Shown piece by piece: positions 49,854-58,553 of a stretch of 64,000 nt of DNA. The notes beneath the pieces are model-generated. The model did not search any database and had not been told where the DNA came from. It was given only the letters and a program-made list of their open reading frames with translations. The position numbers and the translations under genes were made by a program. Numbering within the stretch: position 1 is the first letter of the stretch; each line of letters begins with the position of its first letter. This DNA is from Eubacteriales bacterium (GTDB lineage Bacteria > Bacillota > Clostridia > Oscillospirales > CAG-272), in contig JAZNER010000019.1 of the NCBI GenBank assembly GCA_045588675.1, forward strand, positions 2,003-66,002, in the 5' to 3' direction.

Positions 49854-50855
49854 ATGTTTCAAAATCAACCCGTTTCGTTTTCGGGAATTCAGCCGAGCGG
49901 AAATCTTACCATAGGCAACTATCTCGGAGCACTAAAGAACTTTTCTTCATATTCTGAAAAGTACAAATGCTTTTACTGTGTTGTTGACGAGCACGCGATA
50001 ACTGTCCGTCAAAATCCCGCAGAGCTTCGTCGCCGCACCTATGAAACCTTGGCACTTTATATGGCGGCCGGTCTTGACCCCGATAAAAACACTCTTTATG
50101 TTCAGTCACACGTGCACGAGCACGCCGAGCTTGGCTGGATTTTAAACTGCTTTACAATGTTCGGCGAGCTGTCAAGAATGACACAGTTCAAGGACAAAAG
50201 TGCAAAGCATTCTGACAATATCAATGCAGGACTTTTCACATACCCCACGCTTATGGCGGCTGACATTCTTCTCTATCAGACAGACGTAGTTCCCGTCGGA
50301 ATTGACCAAAAGCAGCACGTTGAGCTTTGCCGTGATATTGCGGAAAGAGTTAACCAGATTTATCCCGATATGTTTACGATTCCGGAGCCCATCATTTCAA
50401 CAACGGGCAGAAAGATAATGTCACTTGCCGACCCCACAAAAAAAATGAGCAAATCGGATGAAAATACAAACGCTGTTGTTTATATCCTTGACGACAAGGA
50501 TACGATTATCCGCAAGTTCAAGCGCGCGGTTACCGATTCTGACACCTGTGTGCGCTATGCCGAGGGCAAGGACGGAATCAATAACCTTATAAACATTTAC
50601 GCTTGCTTTACAGGTAAGACAAACGAGGAAATCGAGCGTGAATTTGAGGGCAAGGGCTACGGCGAATTCAAAATGGCAGTCGGTGAAGCCTGCGCAGATG
50701 CTCTCGCTCCCGTTCAGGCTAAATTCAACGAGATACTTGCAGATAAATCCGCGCTTGAAGCGCAAATGAAAAAGGGTGCGGAGGAAGCGTCCTATGTTGC
50801 CCGCAGAACCCTCTCAAAAATTCAGAAAAAGCTTGGATTCGTTCAGATAAGATAA
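49854..50855 (+). CDS. trpS: Tryptophan--tRNA ligase
   Basis: MFQNQPVSFSGIQPSGNLTIGNYLG has the HIGH-equivalent, and KMSKS is at KKMSKS. The start was moved to ATG 49854, after AAGGAGGA. The ORF-track N-terminal extension covers the T-box leader. Confidence 0.95.
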   Translation: MFQNQPVSFSGIQPSGNLTIGNYLGALKNFSSYSEKYKCFYCVVDEHAITVRQNPAELRRRTYETLALYMAAGLDPDKNTLYVQSHVHEHAELGWILNCFTMFGELSRMTQFKDKSAKHSDNINAGLFTYPTLMAADILLYQTDVVPVGIDQKQHVELCRDIAERVNQIYPDMFTIPEPIISTTGRKIMSLADPTKKMSKSDENTNAVVYILDDKDTIIRKFKRAVTDSDTCVRYAEGKDGINNLINIYACFTGKTNEEIEREFEGKGYGEFKMAVGEACADALAPVQAKFNEILADKSALEAQMKKGAEEASYVARRTLSKIQKKLGFVQIR

Positions 50856-50976
50856 AATTTAATATCGAAGCTCAGGGGATCGTCAAATTTCAGGCGAACC
50901 CCATTCTGAACAAGATTTGTATATATTAGACAAATTTAAATATTAACGTTTGTGCAATATTTTTATTAGAACACCA

Positions 50977-51005
50977 TTGACAATCACTTGACCGCATGAT
51001 ATAAT
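50977..51005 (+). promoter_or_regulatory. Sigma-A-type promoter upstream of the zinc-ribbon membrane protein gene
   Basis: TTGACA (50977-50982), a 17-nt spacer, and an extended -10 TGATATAAT (TATAAT at 51000-51005). Confidence 0.65.
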
Positions 51006-51079
51006 TATATTACGCAATACATAAGCTGTGTGTCTGGCTCAATGAAAGAACACTATATCAGGGGGGAGGTGCATTAAAT

Positions 51080-51739
51080 ATGTATATTTACAAGGATTTT
51101 GAAGTACCGCGCCTTAACCAAGACAATTTGGATATTATCAAAAAAATGCGCTTGATAAAAATAAAATATTTACTTATTATCATAGCCTTGCTGATTTTTG
51201 ATAGCTTTGTTTTCAGTTTTTATATTCTTAATAATAGCAATAGTTACGTCAAATTTGATTATTGGGACTATATTGTCTTTTGGATAATATTTTTTGTCTT
51301 ACCGTTTTGCCTCTTTAAATGCTATAAGCTTTTTACCGAAAAAAGCGAGGTAAAATACATTGAAGACTCCGATGTCAAAATTATGTGGCATGTTGACGGA
51401 CCTGTAATAAGACCCAGTAGCGTAAAGACAAAGCCGTTTCGCATTTATACTTTAAAGGATAAAAATGGCAAACGCTCAAAATATAGGATTGGAAACGAAA
51501 CATCTCACAATCTTTGTTTAAAGTCAAACGGATTCTTGGTAAAATATGCAGGACTTAAATTTGCCGTTGCCGTTAACAATGAATTACCAGAGGTCTTCAT
51601 TTGTGCAAATTGCGGCACTTTAAACAAGGTTGAAGCAAAAAAGTGTTATTGGTGTAATTCATCATTAATTAAGATTTTTACAAGGGAGTCTTACAACGAT
51701 GCTCTTGAAAAAACAAATAAAAAACTAAACAATTTTTAA
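51080..51739 (+). CDS. 2-TM membrane protein with C-terminal zinc ribbon, function unknown
   Basis: A strong SD (GGGGGGAGG) precedes the ATG. There are two hydrophobic helices (res ~28-50, 63-82). The C-terminus has CANCGTLNKVEAKKCYWCNS (CxxC-x11-CxxC). The sequence is visibly AT-rich compared with its neighbours. Confidence 0.65.
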   Translation: MYIYKDFEVPRLNQDNLDIIKKMRLIKIKYLLIIIALLIFDSFVFSFYILNNSNSYVKFDYWDYIVFWIIFFVLPFCLFKCYKLFTEKSEVKYIEDSDVKIMWHVDGPVIRPSSVKTKPFRIYTLKDKNGKRSKYRIGNETSHNLCLKSNGFLVKYAGLKFAVAVNNELPEVFICANCGTLNKVEAKKCYWCNSSLIKIFTRESYNDALEKTNKKLNNF

Positions 51740-51759
51740 TTAAAAAAGGAGATTTAATT

Positions 51760-52755
51760 ATGGCTTGGATTGGATTATCACTTATTGTTACAGTTGCCGC
51801 TTTCGTCTTTCTCGGCATCACAAAAACAGGTTGGCGCAAAAATCCGCGTCAGCTTATCTCGCTCTTTGGACTTTTACTGATTGGTTTCGGTATTGTTACC
51901 TCTGTACCCACCGGTCACACAGGTATCCTTACGACCTTTGGTAAGGTTGAGGACGTTACTCTCGAAGCAGGTGTTCAGTTCAAAGCACCCTGGCAGGAAA
52001 TAGTATGTATGGATAACCGTACACAAAAAGGAACTGTTTCTATGCAGGGCTTTTCGAAGGATATTCAAGAGGTATCAATTACATACTCGATAAACTATCA
52101 GATAAACAAGCAAAATGCTCAAAACATCTACAAGAGCATTGGTGTTGATTACTATGACAGAGTCATGTTCCCTCGTATTCAGGAAACAGTTAAAAATGTA
52201 ATTGCAAATTATGATGCAGAGCAGCTCATAAACTCCCGTGACACACTCTCAACCGAGATTACAAGCTTGCTCAAAAAAGAGCTTGCTACATACAACATTG
52301 ATGTTGTAAGCACTGCAATTGAGGACCTCGATTTCTCTGACGCATTTACAAATGCAGTTGAAGATAAGGCGGTAGCGGCTCAGGCTCTTCTCAAGGCTAA
52401 AACCGAGCAGGAGCAAAAGACAATGGAGGAGGAGCAGCAGGCCGAAAGACAAAAAATTCAAGCAGAAGCTAACGCCGCTGTTTCTAAAATCAAGGCGGAG
52501 GCTGAAAAAGAGGTTTTGAGAATTCAGGCAGACGCCGCTGAATACGCGGGAGAGAAGGATGCCGCTGTCAATAAAGCGATTGCGGAATCGCTCACAGAAA
52601 TACTTATAAAATACTATGAAATTCAACAATGGGACGGCAAGCTCCCCGAAACAGTTATTTCGGGCGGTGAGGCTGTTCTCCCGATTATCGGCTCAATAGG
52701 TACAACAGACCAGACTGCTGAAACCGATGCTACGGGCGGAGAGATCGTTGAGTAA
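51760..52755 (+). CDS. SPFH/Band 7 (prohibitin-like) domain protein
   Basis: N-terminal TMs are followed by GHTGILTTFGKVEDVTLEAGVQFKAPWQ (SPFH core). A long Ala/Glu/Gln/Lys coiled coil follows (AQALLKAKTEQEQKTMEEEQQAERQKIQAEANAA..). Confidence 0.85.
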   Translation: MAWIGLSLIVTVAAFVFLGITKTGWRKNPRQLISLFGLLLIGFGIVTSVPTGHTGILTTFGKVEDVTLEAGVQFKAPWQEIVCMDNRTQKGTVSMQGFSKDIQEVSITYSINYQINKQNAQNIYKSIGVDYYDRVMFPRIQETVKNVIANYDAEQLINSRDTLSTEITSLLKKELATYNIDVVSTAIEDLDFSDAFTNAVEDKAVAAQALLKAKTEQEQKTMEEEQQAERQKIQAEANAAVSKIKAEAEKEVLRIQADAAEYAGEKDAAVNKAIAESLTEILIKYYEIQQWDGKLPETVISGGEAVLPIIGSIGTTDQTAETDATGGEIVE

Positions 52756-52770
52756 TTACGAGGATTTTGA

Positions 52771-53550
52771 ATGAAAGAAATTATACAGGTACAAGGTTTG
52801 AACAAAAGCTTCAAGCTTTCGAGCAAGCAGCAGAAAATCGAAAAAACAAATGAAAAGGTTCGCCACGCTGTGAATGACTTGTCGTTTTCGGCTTACGAGG
52901 GTGAGATTTTCGGCTTGCTGGGTCCAAACGGCGCGGGCAAAACTACAACTCTGCGTATGCTATCCACTCTCATAAAGGCAGATTCCGGAGATGCTCTGAT
53001 TGACGGATGCTCAATTGTTAAAGAGCCGGACAAGGTCAGAGCCAAAATAGGATTTTTAACAAGCGAATTAAAGCTTGAAGAATTTTTCACACCGAATTAC
53101 CTTTTCGACTTTTTCTCTGCGCTGTACGGAGTAGAACCGACAGCTGCGGCAGGGAGAAAGAAAGCTCTCTTTTCCCGCTTCGGAATCGATAAATTTGCAG
53201 AGGTAAAGGTCGCAGACCTTTCCACAGGTATGAAGCAAAAGGCTTCCCTTGCAATCTCTCTCGTTCATAACCCCGATATTATAATATTTGACGAACCGAC
53301 AAACGGACTTGATGTTCTGACTGCAAAGGTTGTAACCGATTTTCTCATCTCGCTTCGCTCCGAAGGAAAAACAATAATCGTTTCAACTCATATTTTCAGT
53401 CTTATTGAGAAAATATGCGACAGAGTTGGAATAATCATTGACGGAAAAATGGTGATTTGCGATACTCTTGATGCGCTTCGGGGAGAGAAAACACTTGAAG
53501 ACAGATTTTTTGATATTTATTCTGACTATTGCGGAGGAAAAGAAATATGA
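52771..53550 (+). CDS. ABC transporter ATP-binding protein (NatA-like)
   Basis: Walker A is GPNGAGKTT, the signature is LSTGMKQK and Walker B is IIIFDEPTNGLD. Confidence 0.92.
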   Translation: MKEIIQVQGLNKSFKLSSKQQKIEKTNEKVRHAVNDLSFSAYEGEIFGLLGPNGAGKTTTLRMLSTLIKADSGDALIDGCSIVKEPDKVRAKIGFLTSELKLEEFFTPNYLFDFFSALYGVEPTAAAGRKKALFSRFGIDKFAEVKVADLSTGMKQKASLAISLVHNPDIIIFDEPTNGLDVLTAKVVTDFLISLRSEGKTIIVSTHIFSLIEKICDRVGIIIDGKMVICDTLDALRGEKTLEDRFFDIYSDYCGGKEI

Positions 53551-54704
53551 AATCATCTGCAATTTTCACTATATTCAAAAAAGAGCTTGCACGATTTTTT
53601 GGCGACAGGCGCACGCTTATTGCTATTCTCCTTCCGGGATTTTTGATTTATATCATTTACTCACTTATGGGCGGAGCTTTTGAGGGTGCTTTTGCGCCTG
53701 ATGATAAATATGTGCCTGTAATCTACTCACAAAATACCCCCGAATCCTTTGACGCTTTGTGCATTCAAGCGCAAATCCCGCTCAAAAATTCAACAGATAT
53801 TGAATATGAAAAGGATATGGTCAAAAATGAGCAAGCCGACCTGATTATTATCTTCCCTGCCGATTTTGATAAAAAGGTAGCTGAATATTCAATAACACAA
53901 GGAATTGCCGCGCCTAATATCGAAATATATTACAATGTAACGCAAACAAACTCCTCTATGGCGTATGAAACAGTTACCGCTATTCTTGATATGTATGAAT
54001 CCTCAATGGCAAACAAGTTTGACACAACTCAGTATGACTTAGCCAGCCAAGAGGATATGGCGAGTATGATATTCTCAATGATAATGCCTATGCTCCTCGT
54101 TATGCTTCTCTTCTCCGGCTGTATGGCGGTTGCCCCCGAGTCAATTTCGGGCGAAAAGGAAAGAGGAACGATTGCCTCTCTCCTCGTTACACCGGTCAAA
54201 AGAGGGCACATTGCAATCGGCAAAATTTTAGCGCTTTCTATAGTTGCCCTGCTCAGCGGTATTTCAAGTGCGCTTGGTGTAATTTTGTCGCTTCCAAAGC
54301 TTATGGGCGGAGCTATTTCGCTTGACGGAAGTGTTTACAAGCCTTCAGACTATATTATGCTCGGCATTGTAATTCTTTCAACCGTTCTATTGCTGATTAC
54401 GGTTATTTCAATCATTTCGGCGTTTGCAAAATCAGTTAAGGAAGCAAGCTCTTATGTAACTCCTCTTATGATTTTGTCAATGATAGTCGGCATTTCGGGA
54501 ATGCTCGGTGCGACTGCCGAAAACCCTGTATTCTACATTATTCCGCTTTACAACAGCGTTCAATGTATGATTGGTATTTTCTCGTTTGAGGCAAGCATTG
54601 TAAATATGGCTATAACTGTTGTGGCAAACCTGATTGTGACATCACTCGGCGTATTTATCCTTGCAAAAATGTTCAACAACGAAAAGATTATGTTCAACAA
54701 ATAA
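53547..54704 (+). CDS. ABC-2 type transporter permease (NatB-like)
   Basis: The ATG at 53547 overlaps the ATPase stop (ATGA), after GGAGGAAAAG. There is one N-terminal TM, a large extracytoplasmic loop and five C-terminal TMs, which is the NatB-like topology. Confidence 0.8.
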   Translation: MKSSAIFTIFKKELARFFGDRRTLIAILLPGFLIYIIYSLMGGAFEGAFAPDDKYVPVIYSQNTPESFDALCIQAQIPLKNSTDIEYEKDMVKNEQADLIIIFPADFDKKVAEYSITQGIAAPNIEIYYNVTQTNSSMAYETVTAILDMYESSMANKFDTTQYDLASQEDMASMIFSMIMPMLLVMLLFSGCMAVAPESISGEKERGTIASLLVTPVKRGHIAIGKILALSIVALLSGISSALGVILSLPKLMGGAISLDGSVYKPSDYIMLGIVILSTVLLLITVISIISAFAKSVKEASSYVTPLMILSMIVGISGMLGATAENPVFYIIPLYNSVQCMIGIFSFEASIVNMAITVVANLIVTSLGVFILAKMFNNEKIMFNK

Positions 54705-54753
54705 TACAACACAAAACAAGTCCCGAAGCGATGCTTCGGGACTTGTTTTTTAT

Positions 54754-56037
54754 TTATTCGGTTTTAACGCTTCTCTTCTCTGCTCTGACAATTTTATAAA
54801 GCTCCTCTGCGGCAAGTCTTGTTTTCGCCACAATATCACTGTCTGTTTTCGGGAAGCAATAATAAAGGATTTCTTTGTTGCCTATACAAATTATATCGCC
54901 CATCTTGTACCAATAATAATCAGCATAAAGACTATATGATGCAAGGGGCTTTTGACGGTATTCTAGCTCGCCGTCACAGCCTGTGAGCAGAAATCCCTCT
55001 CTGTCGTGAATAAGTCTGCCCTCGCCAATATTATAGATGCAATCAGTATCTACCATAGCGTAAATGTCAACAGGTGTATCAAGCCTATATTCACCCGACA
55101 AAATTTCATTCTTAACACATTCTCTCTCCCATGCATACCAATCGGGAATGTGCGAAAACTCAGTTTCGCCTTCGATTGCTTGCATAAATCCCTTTTCGTC
55201 AAGAAAATACTGCTTTCCACAGGCATGGCAGGTCAAGGTAGTTCCTTCTCCCTTTGTTTGTCCTTCGGAAAGGCAGGCTGGGCATTTGTAGAGTACACGG
55301 TTAAGCGAATCTGCTCTGAAATCCTCATCAATAATTATATTATTTTCTTGTTGCCAAGAGAAATTGTCAAACGAAAACTTTTCCTTGAGTATTGCGTTGA
55401 TTTCTCTCGGATTTTTCTCTTTGATTTCCTCAGGAGAGAGCAAATATTCAACAGTTGCGCTGACCTCTACCTTTCTCCTTTGAAGATTATTGTATAATGG
55501 GTCGCGTGCAAAGGCTCCGTATGTTTTTATGACTACCACAGGCAAATCAAGCATTTTGATACACCTGCCAAGACTTTCGGGCAACGGCGTTGCAGTTCCG
55601 TCAAAGCTGTAGCTTGCCTCGGGATACATCAAAATCGAGGACTTGTATCTCTTCACCGCGTAAAGCATATCGTGAATTAAGGAAACCTCAGAAACGAACT
55701 TCTTCGTAGGAATACAGCCAAGCTGACGCATAAGCCAATTTTTGCCTATAAAGCCGTCAGAGGTACAAACAATATTATATTTTCTCGGGTAAAGAATTTT
55801 GGACGCAATTTTAAGGTCAATAAAGCTTGAATGATTCATCAAAAACAAGCAAGGCTCGCGCCCCCCGAGCTTTTCCATACCGATTTTTTCATACTTGAAT
55901 TTTGTTGCAATCAAGTCGGGTGCAGATGCAACTCGCATAAGAGTTCTGAAAAAAATATTTGGATTTGCAGGGTGCTTTTCTTTCTTCTTGGGCTTTGCTA
56001 AAAGGTCTTTATAGCTTACACCGTTTTTTACTTTCAT
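54754..56037 (-). CDS. Lysophospholipid/1-acyl-glycerol-3-phosphate acyltransferase-like protein with C-terminal zinc-ribbon-containing extension
   Basis: The acyltransferase HX4D motif is NHSSFID, followed by a PEASYSFDG block. A CPACLSEGQ...CHACGKQ zinc ribbon lies in the C-terminal half. The start was moved to ATG 56037 (MKVKNGVSY). Confidence 0.7.
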   Translation of the reverse strand: MKVKNGVSYKDLLAKPKKKEKHPANPNIFFRTLMRVASAPDLIATKFKYEKIGMEKLGGREPCLFLMNHSSFIDLKIASKILYPRKYNIVCTSDGFIGKNWLMRQLGCIPTKKFVSEVSLIHDMLYAVKRYKSSILMYPEASYSFDGTATPLPESLGRCIKMLDLPVVVIKTYGAFARDPLYNNLQRRKVEVSATVEYLLSPEEIKEKNPREINAILKEKFSFDNFSWQQENNIIIDEDFRADSLNRVLYKCPACLSEGQTKGEGTTLTCHACGKQYFLDEKGFMQAIEGETEFSHIPDWYAWERECVKNEILSGEYRLDTPVDIYAMVDTDCIYNIGEGRLIHDREGFLLTGCDGELEYRQKPLASYSLYADYYWYKMGDIICIGNKEILYYCFPKTDSDIVAKTRLAAEELYKIVRAEKRSVKTE

Positions 56038-56188
56038 AAATATCCTTTCTTTAATCACTCTGTGACTGCAAAGTATTAATTTAGTCATATTAAAATAAAA
56101 AGCCTACATTATATATTGTCAAATAATAAGGATTTCTATTCTTTCGTCTTGAAATGTCAAATTTATAAACAAATAATTGTTTTTTCAA

Positions 56189-56923
56189 TTATTTGGTGTT
56201 TTTTCTGTATATTTCCCAAGGCAAGTATGCAACAAGCAGAACGGGAGCCAATATAATCGGTATTCCCCAAAGATGATTGCCAAGTGCTTGCTCAAACAAA
56301 TAAAGAGGATTTCCCTTATCTGCGCTCATCAGGAACATATAGTTGGTGTCAAAAATATAATTAAAAATATAAACAGGAATAGCCATTCCTACAAGGAGCA
56401 ATAAAACCTTGCCTATATATTTTACTTGCGGTTTTATTTCGCCTCCGACTGTCAACATAATAGGATACAAGGCAAGCAATATATGCACCGTAAAGGAGTG
56501 TATGTGCATAAAGTTGCCAAGCGGAAGTCTTGTCCAAGACGGAAAGAAAATAGCTAAAAGTGCAGCAGGCACACAAATTGAATACAGAAAGTTATCAAGC
56601 GTCTTACTTGGCTTGAAAACATGAATTACAATCAAAAATATGTTTATGCTACAAAGATGCAGAGGCAAATAATTAACCGTATATAAGCCGATTGACAACA
56701 GAGTTATTATCTTATACAGCTCATCAGCAACTATGAGCGCCGCCACTGCAAATCTCCATCTCCTTCTGCCAACCTCTCCACAGGAGCGGTAAAGCATACA
56801 GCAGGCTGCGAGCGTCACCGCAAAAATAAAGAGCCACAAAAAATGCGTAGCATCAAAATGCGAAAATCCTGCCTCTATGCCCTTGTCTTGCATTGAGCCT
56901 GAGGTTTCGAAAAAATACTTCAT
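56189..56923 (-). CDS. Polytopic membrane protein, YwaF/TIGR02206-like
   Basis: There are about 7 TM. The N-terminus FSHFDATHFLWLFIFAVTL resembles the TIGR02206 family from memory. Confidence 0.5.
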   Translation of the reverse strand: MKYFFETSGSMQDKGIEAGFSHFDATHFLWLFIFAVTLAACCMLYRSCGEVGRRRWRFAVAALIVADELYKIITLLSIGLYTVNYLPLHLCSINIFLIVIHVFKPSKTLDNFLYSICVPAALLAIFFPSWTRLPLGNFMHIHSFTVHILLALYPIMLTVGGEIKPQVKYIGKVLLLLVGMAIPVYIFNYIFDTNYMFLMSADKGNPLYLFEQALGNHLWGIPIILAPVLLVAYLPWEIYRKNTK

Positions 56924-57197
56924 TAGAACTCCTTTAGAACTCCTATCTCAAAAAGATATTTAAAAACGCTCTCAAAATTATTCTCTATATAATATAATGA
57001 GAGCAATAAGACATTTAATCCTAACAGATTAATTTTATCACAAAACTGCCTTAAAGTCAATTGATTTTTTTCAAATGCTCATTTTATGTTCTTTATATCT
57101 GCCCGTTGCAGTTCTATACACAAAAAATGCACTTTTTATCAAAAAGTAAAAAGAGTTTTTCGCCCAAAAAATTTTTTTGAAAAATTTAAAAAAGGTA

Positions 57198-57226
57198 TTG
57201 ACAAATACAAAATTGTGTGATATAAT
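57198..57226 (+). promoter_or_regulatory. Sigma-A-type promoter of the tRNA operon
   Basis: TTGACA (57198)-17 nt-TGATATAAT (TATAAT at 57221-57226), about 30 nt upstream of tRNA-Val. Confidence 0.75.
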
Positions 57227-57255
57227 CTATAAGTCGCGTAAGAAAACGCGCTTTT

Positions 57256-57331
57256 GGAAGCATAGCTCAGTTGGGAGAGCATCTGCCTTACAAGCAGAGG
57301 GTCATAGGTTCGAGCCCTATTGTTTCCACCA
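57256..57331 (+). tRNA. tRNA-Val (anticodon UAC)
   Basis: Folded by hand. The acceptor is GGAAGCA/TGTTTCC (one G-U). The anticodon arm is TCTGC-CTTACAA-GCAGA and the T-loop is GGTTCGAGCCC. CCA is encoded. Confidence 0.93.
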
Positions 57332-57452
57332 TTAAGTTTAGCTCCCAATAGGGTGATAAACCAAAAGGCAATTTGCACGAAGTGCAAATTAGTCTTGAGC
57401 CCATTTTGCGTAAGCAAAATGAGTGCAATCTGGCGCGGAAGCGACAGATTAA

Positions 57453-57529
57453 GGCCCGGTAGTTCAGTTGGTTAGAACGCTAGCCTGTCACGCTAGAGGT
57501 CAGGGGTTCGAGTCCCGTTCGGGTCGCCA
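57453..57529 (+). tRNA. tRNA-Asp (anticodon GUC)
   Basis: The acceptor is GGCCCGG/TCGGGTC. The anticodon arm is CTAGC-CTGTCAC-GCTAG and the T-loop is GGTTCGAGTCC. CCA is encoded. Confidence 0.93.
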
Positions 57530-57644
57530 CTTACTTTTCTTGAAAGAAAAGTAAGAAAAAGAACTTTCAAATATTGGTTTGCGGTATTTGAAAATGTTTA
57601 TTCATCACACGATGGTGAAAATCATATAATTTAATAGCCACTAC

Positions 57645-57720
57645 GCGGATTTAGCTCATTTGGTAGAGCGCGACCTTGCCAAGGTCGAGGTGGCGGGTTC
57701 GAGCCCCGTAATCCGCTCCA
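57645..57720 (+). tRNA. tRNA-Gly (anticodon GCC)
   Basis: The acceptor is GCGGATT/AATCCGC. The anticodon arm is CGACC-TTGCCAA-GGTCG and the T-loop is GGTTCGAGCCC. CCA is encoded. Confidence 0.93.
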
Positions 57721-57727
57721 TAAATTT

Positions 57728-57802
57728 GGTGACGTAGCCAAGTGGTAAGGCCCCGGTCTGCAACACCGTTATCCATCGGTTCAAATCCGATCGTCACCTC
57801 CA
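57728..57802 (+). tRNA. tRNA-Cys (anticodon GCA)
   Basis: The acceptor is GGTGACG/CGTCACC. The anticodon loop is CTGCAAC and the T-arm is ATCGG-TTCAAAT-CCGAT. CCA is encoded. Confidence 0.92.
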
Positions 57803-57810
57803 ACAAAAAA

Positions 57811-57836
57811 AGCAACCCTGTTGGGTTGCTTTTTTC
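57811..57836 (+). terminator. Terminator of the tRNA operon
   Basis: AGCAACCC-TGTT-GGGTTGCT followed by TTTTT. Nearly the same hairpin recurs at 60081-60100. Confidence 0.85.
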
Positions 57837-57837
57837 G

Positions 57838-57923
57838 TTGGAGGTAACGCTTGGTCACTTGAATTGATACAACTCGCCACAGGCGAGTTAAGGGTCGAAA
57901 TCCGATTGTCACATCGCCGCCGC
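57838..57923 (+). repeat. Repeat module copy 1 (tRNA-Cys-3'-half-like segment plus 7-N3-7 palindrome)
   Basis: TTGGAGGTAACGCTTGGTCACTTGAATTGATACAACTCGCCACAGGCGAGTTAAGGGTCGAAATCCGATTGTCACATCGCC... is about 88% identical by eye to 58550-58636. AAATCCGATTGTCAC (57898-57912) matches tRNA-Cys 57783-57797 at 14 of 15 positions. Confidence 0.85.
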
Positions 57924-57952
57924 TTGACACCTCATCGTTTTTATGCTATACT
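57924..57952 (+). promoter_or_regulatory. Cassette promoter copy 1
   Basis: TTGACACCTCATCGTTTTTATGCTATACT has the -35 TTGACA, a 17-nt spacer and an extended -10 TGCTATACT. The ATG lies 26 nt downstream of the -10. Confidence 0.75.
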
Positions 57953-57977
57953 AAAACCAAGAAAGGCGGTGGCAGAT

Positions 57978-58487
57978 ATGGAAAAACAAACCAAAAACAT
58001 AATCACACGAGAATGGATAGAAAAAGAACTCTATTTTTATAACACTGCGGACATCCGTTCAACACTTGTTTTGTGCGGCGCATTGTCCATCGTGTTTTTG
58101 CCGCTAACTATTATTTCGATTTATGGACTCTGTTATGTGATTGAAAATATGTTGCTCCAAATAGTATTATCCGTTATAATTGGAGGGTTTGCAAGCTCTC
58201 CGATCTGGATCAATCTTCTATCGCTTTGTAGCAGTTTAAATGAAAGAAAACTACTCAAAAATGGAGATTTTGATATTGTTATCCGCGACATACGATATAA
58301 AAGTGAAAAAATAGTCTATCGGTGTCACATAAAGAAGTATTTGTATTTTGATGATTTTAAGGAAAGATTGGTTTCACGCGCGATGTTTGATCTCACTTCA
58401 CAAGGCGATGAATTTTATTTAGTTCATTATAAAACGAAAAACTCAATAAAATTGCTTTACTCTGTCAAAATGTATGAATATAAGTGA
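57978..58487 (+). CDS. 2-TM membrane protein (169 aa), function unknown
   Basis: The start was moved to ATG 57978 (MEKQTKNIITREW). The ORF-track extension crosses the promoter and repeat. There are two hydrophobic helices followed by a ~85-aa beta-rich soluble domain. The gene is AT-rich (about 37% GC in a sampled line). Confidence 0.65.
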   Translation: MEKQTKNIITREWIEKELYFYNTADIRSTLVLCGALSIVFLPLTIISIYGLCYVIENMLLQIVLSVIIGGFASSPIWINLLSLCSSLNERKLLKNGDFDIVIRDIRYKSEKIVYRCHIKKYLYFDDFKERLVSRAMFDLTSQGDEFYLVHYKTKNSIKLLYSVKMYEYK

Positions 58488-58511
58488 TGGCATCTTTTTC
58501 GTCAAAGCGTA

Positions 58512-58553
58512 CCAAACAAAAGAGCACTGCTCTCGCAGTGCTCTTTTGTTTGG
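58512..58553 (+). terminator. Terminator with perfect 19-bp stem
   Basis: CCAAACAAAAGAGCACTGC-TCTC-GCAGTGCTCTTTTGTTTGG. The 3' arm runs into repeat module copy 2. Confidence 0.8.

Noticed and set aside
57864-57977. Extension of the cassette-1 ORF (GTG/TTG-type start, MIQLATGELRV...).
   Set aside because: It runs through the repeat module and across the -35 and -10 of the promoter. The ATG at 57978 sits at the same distance from the promoter and RBS as the ATG of cassette 2.
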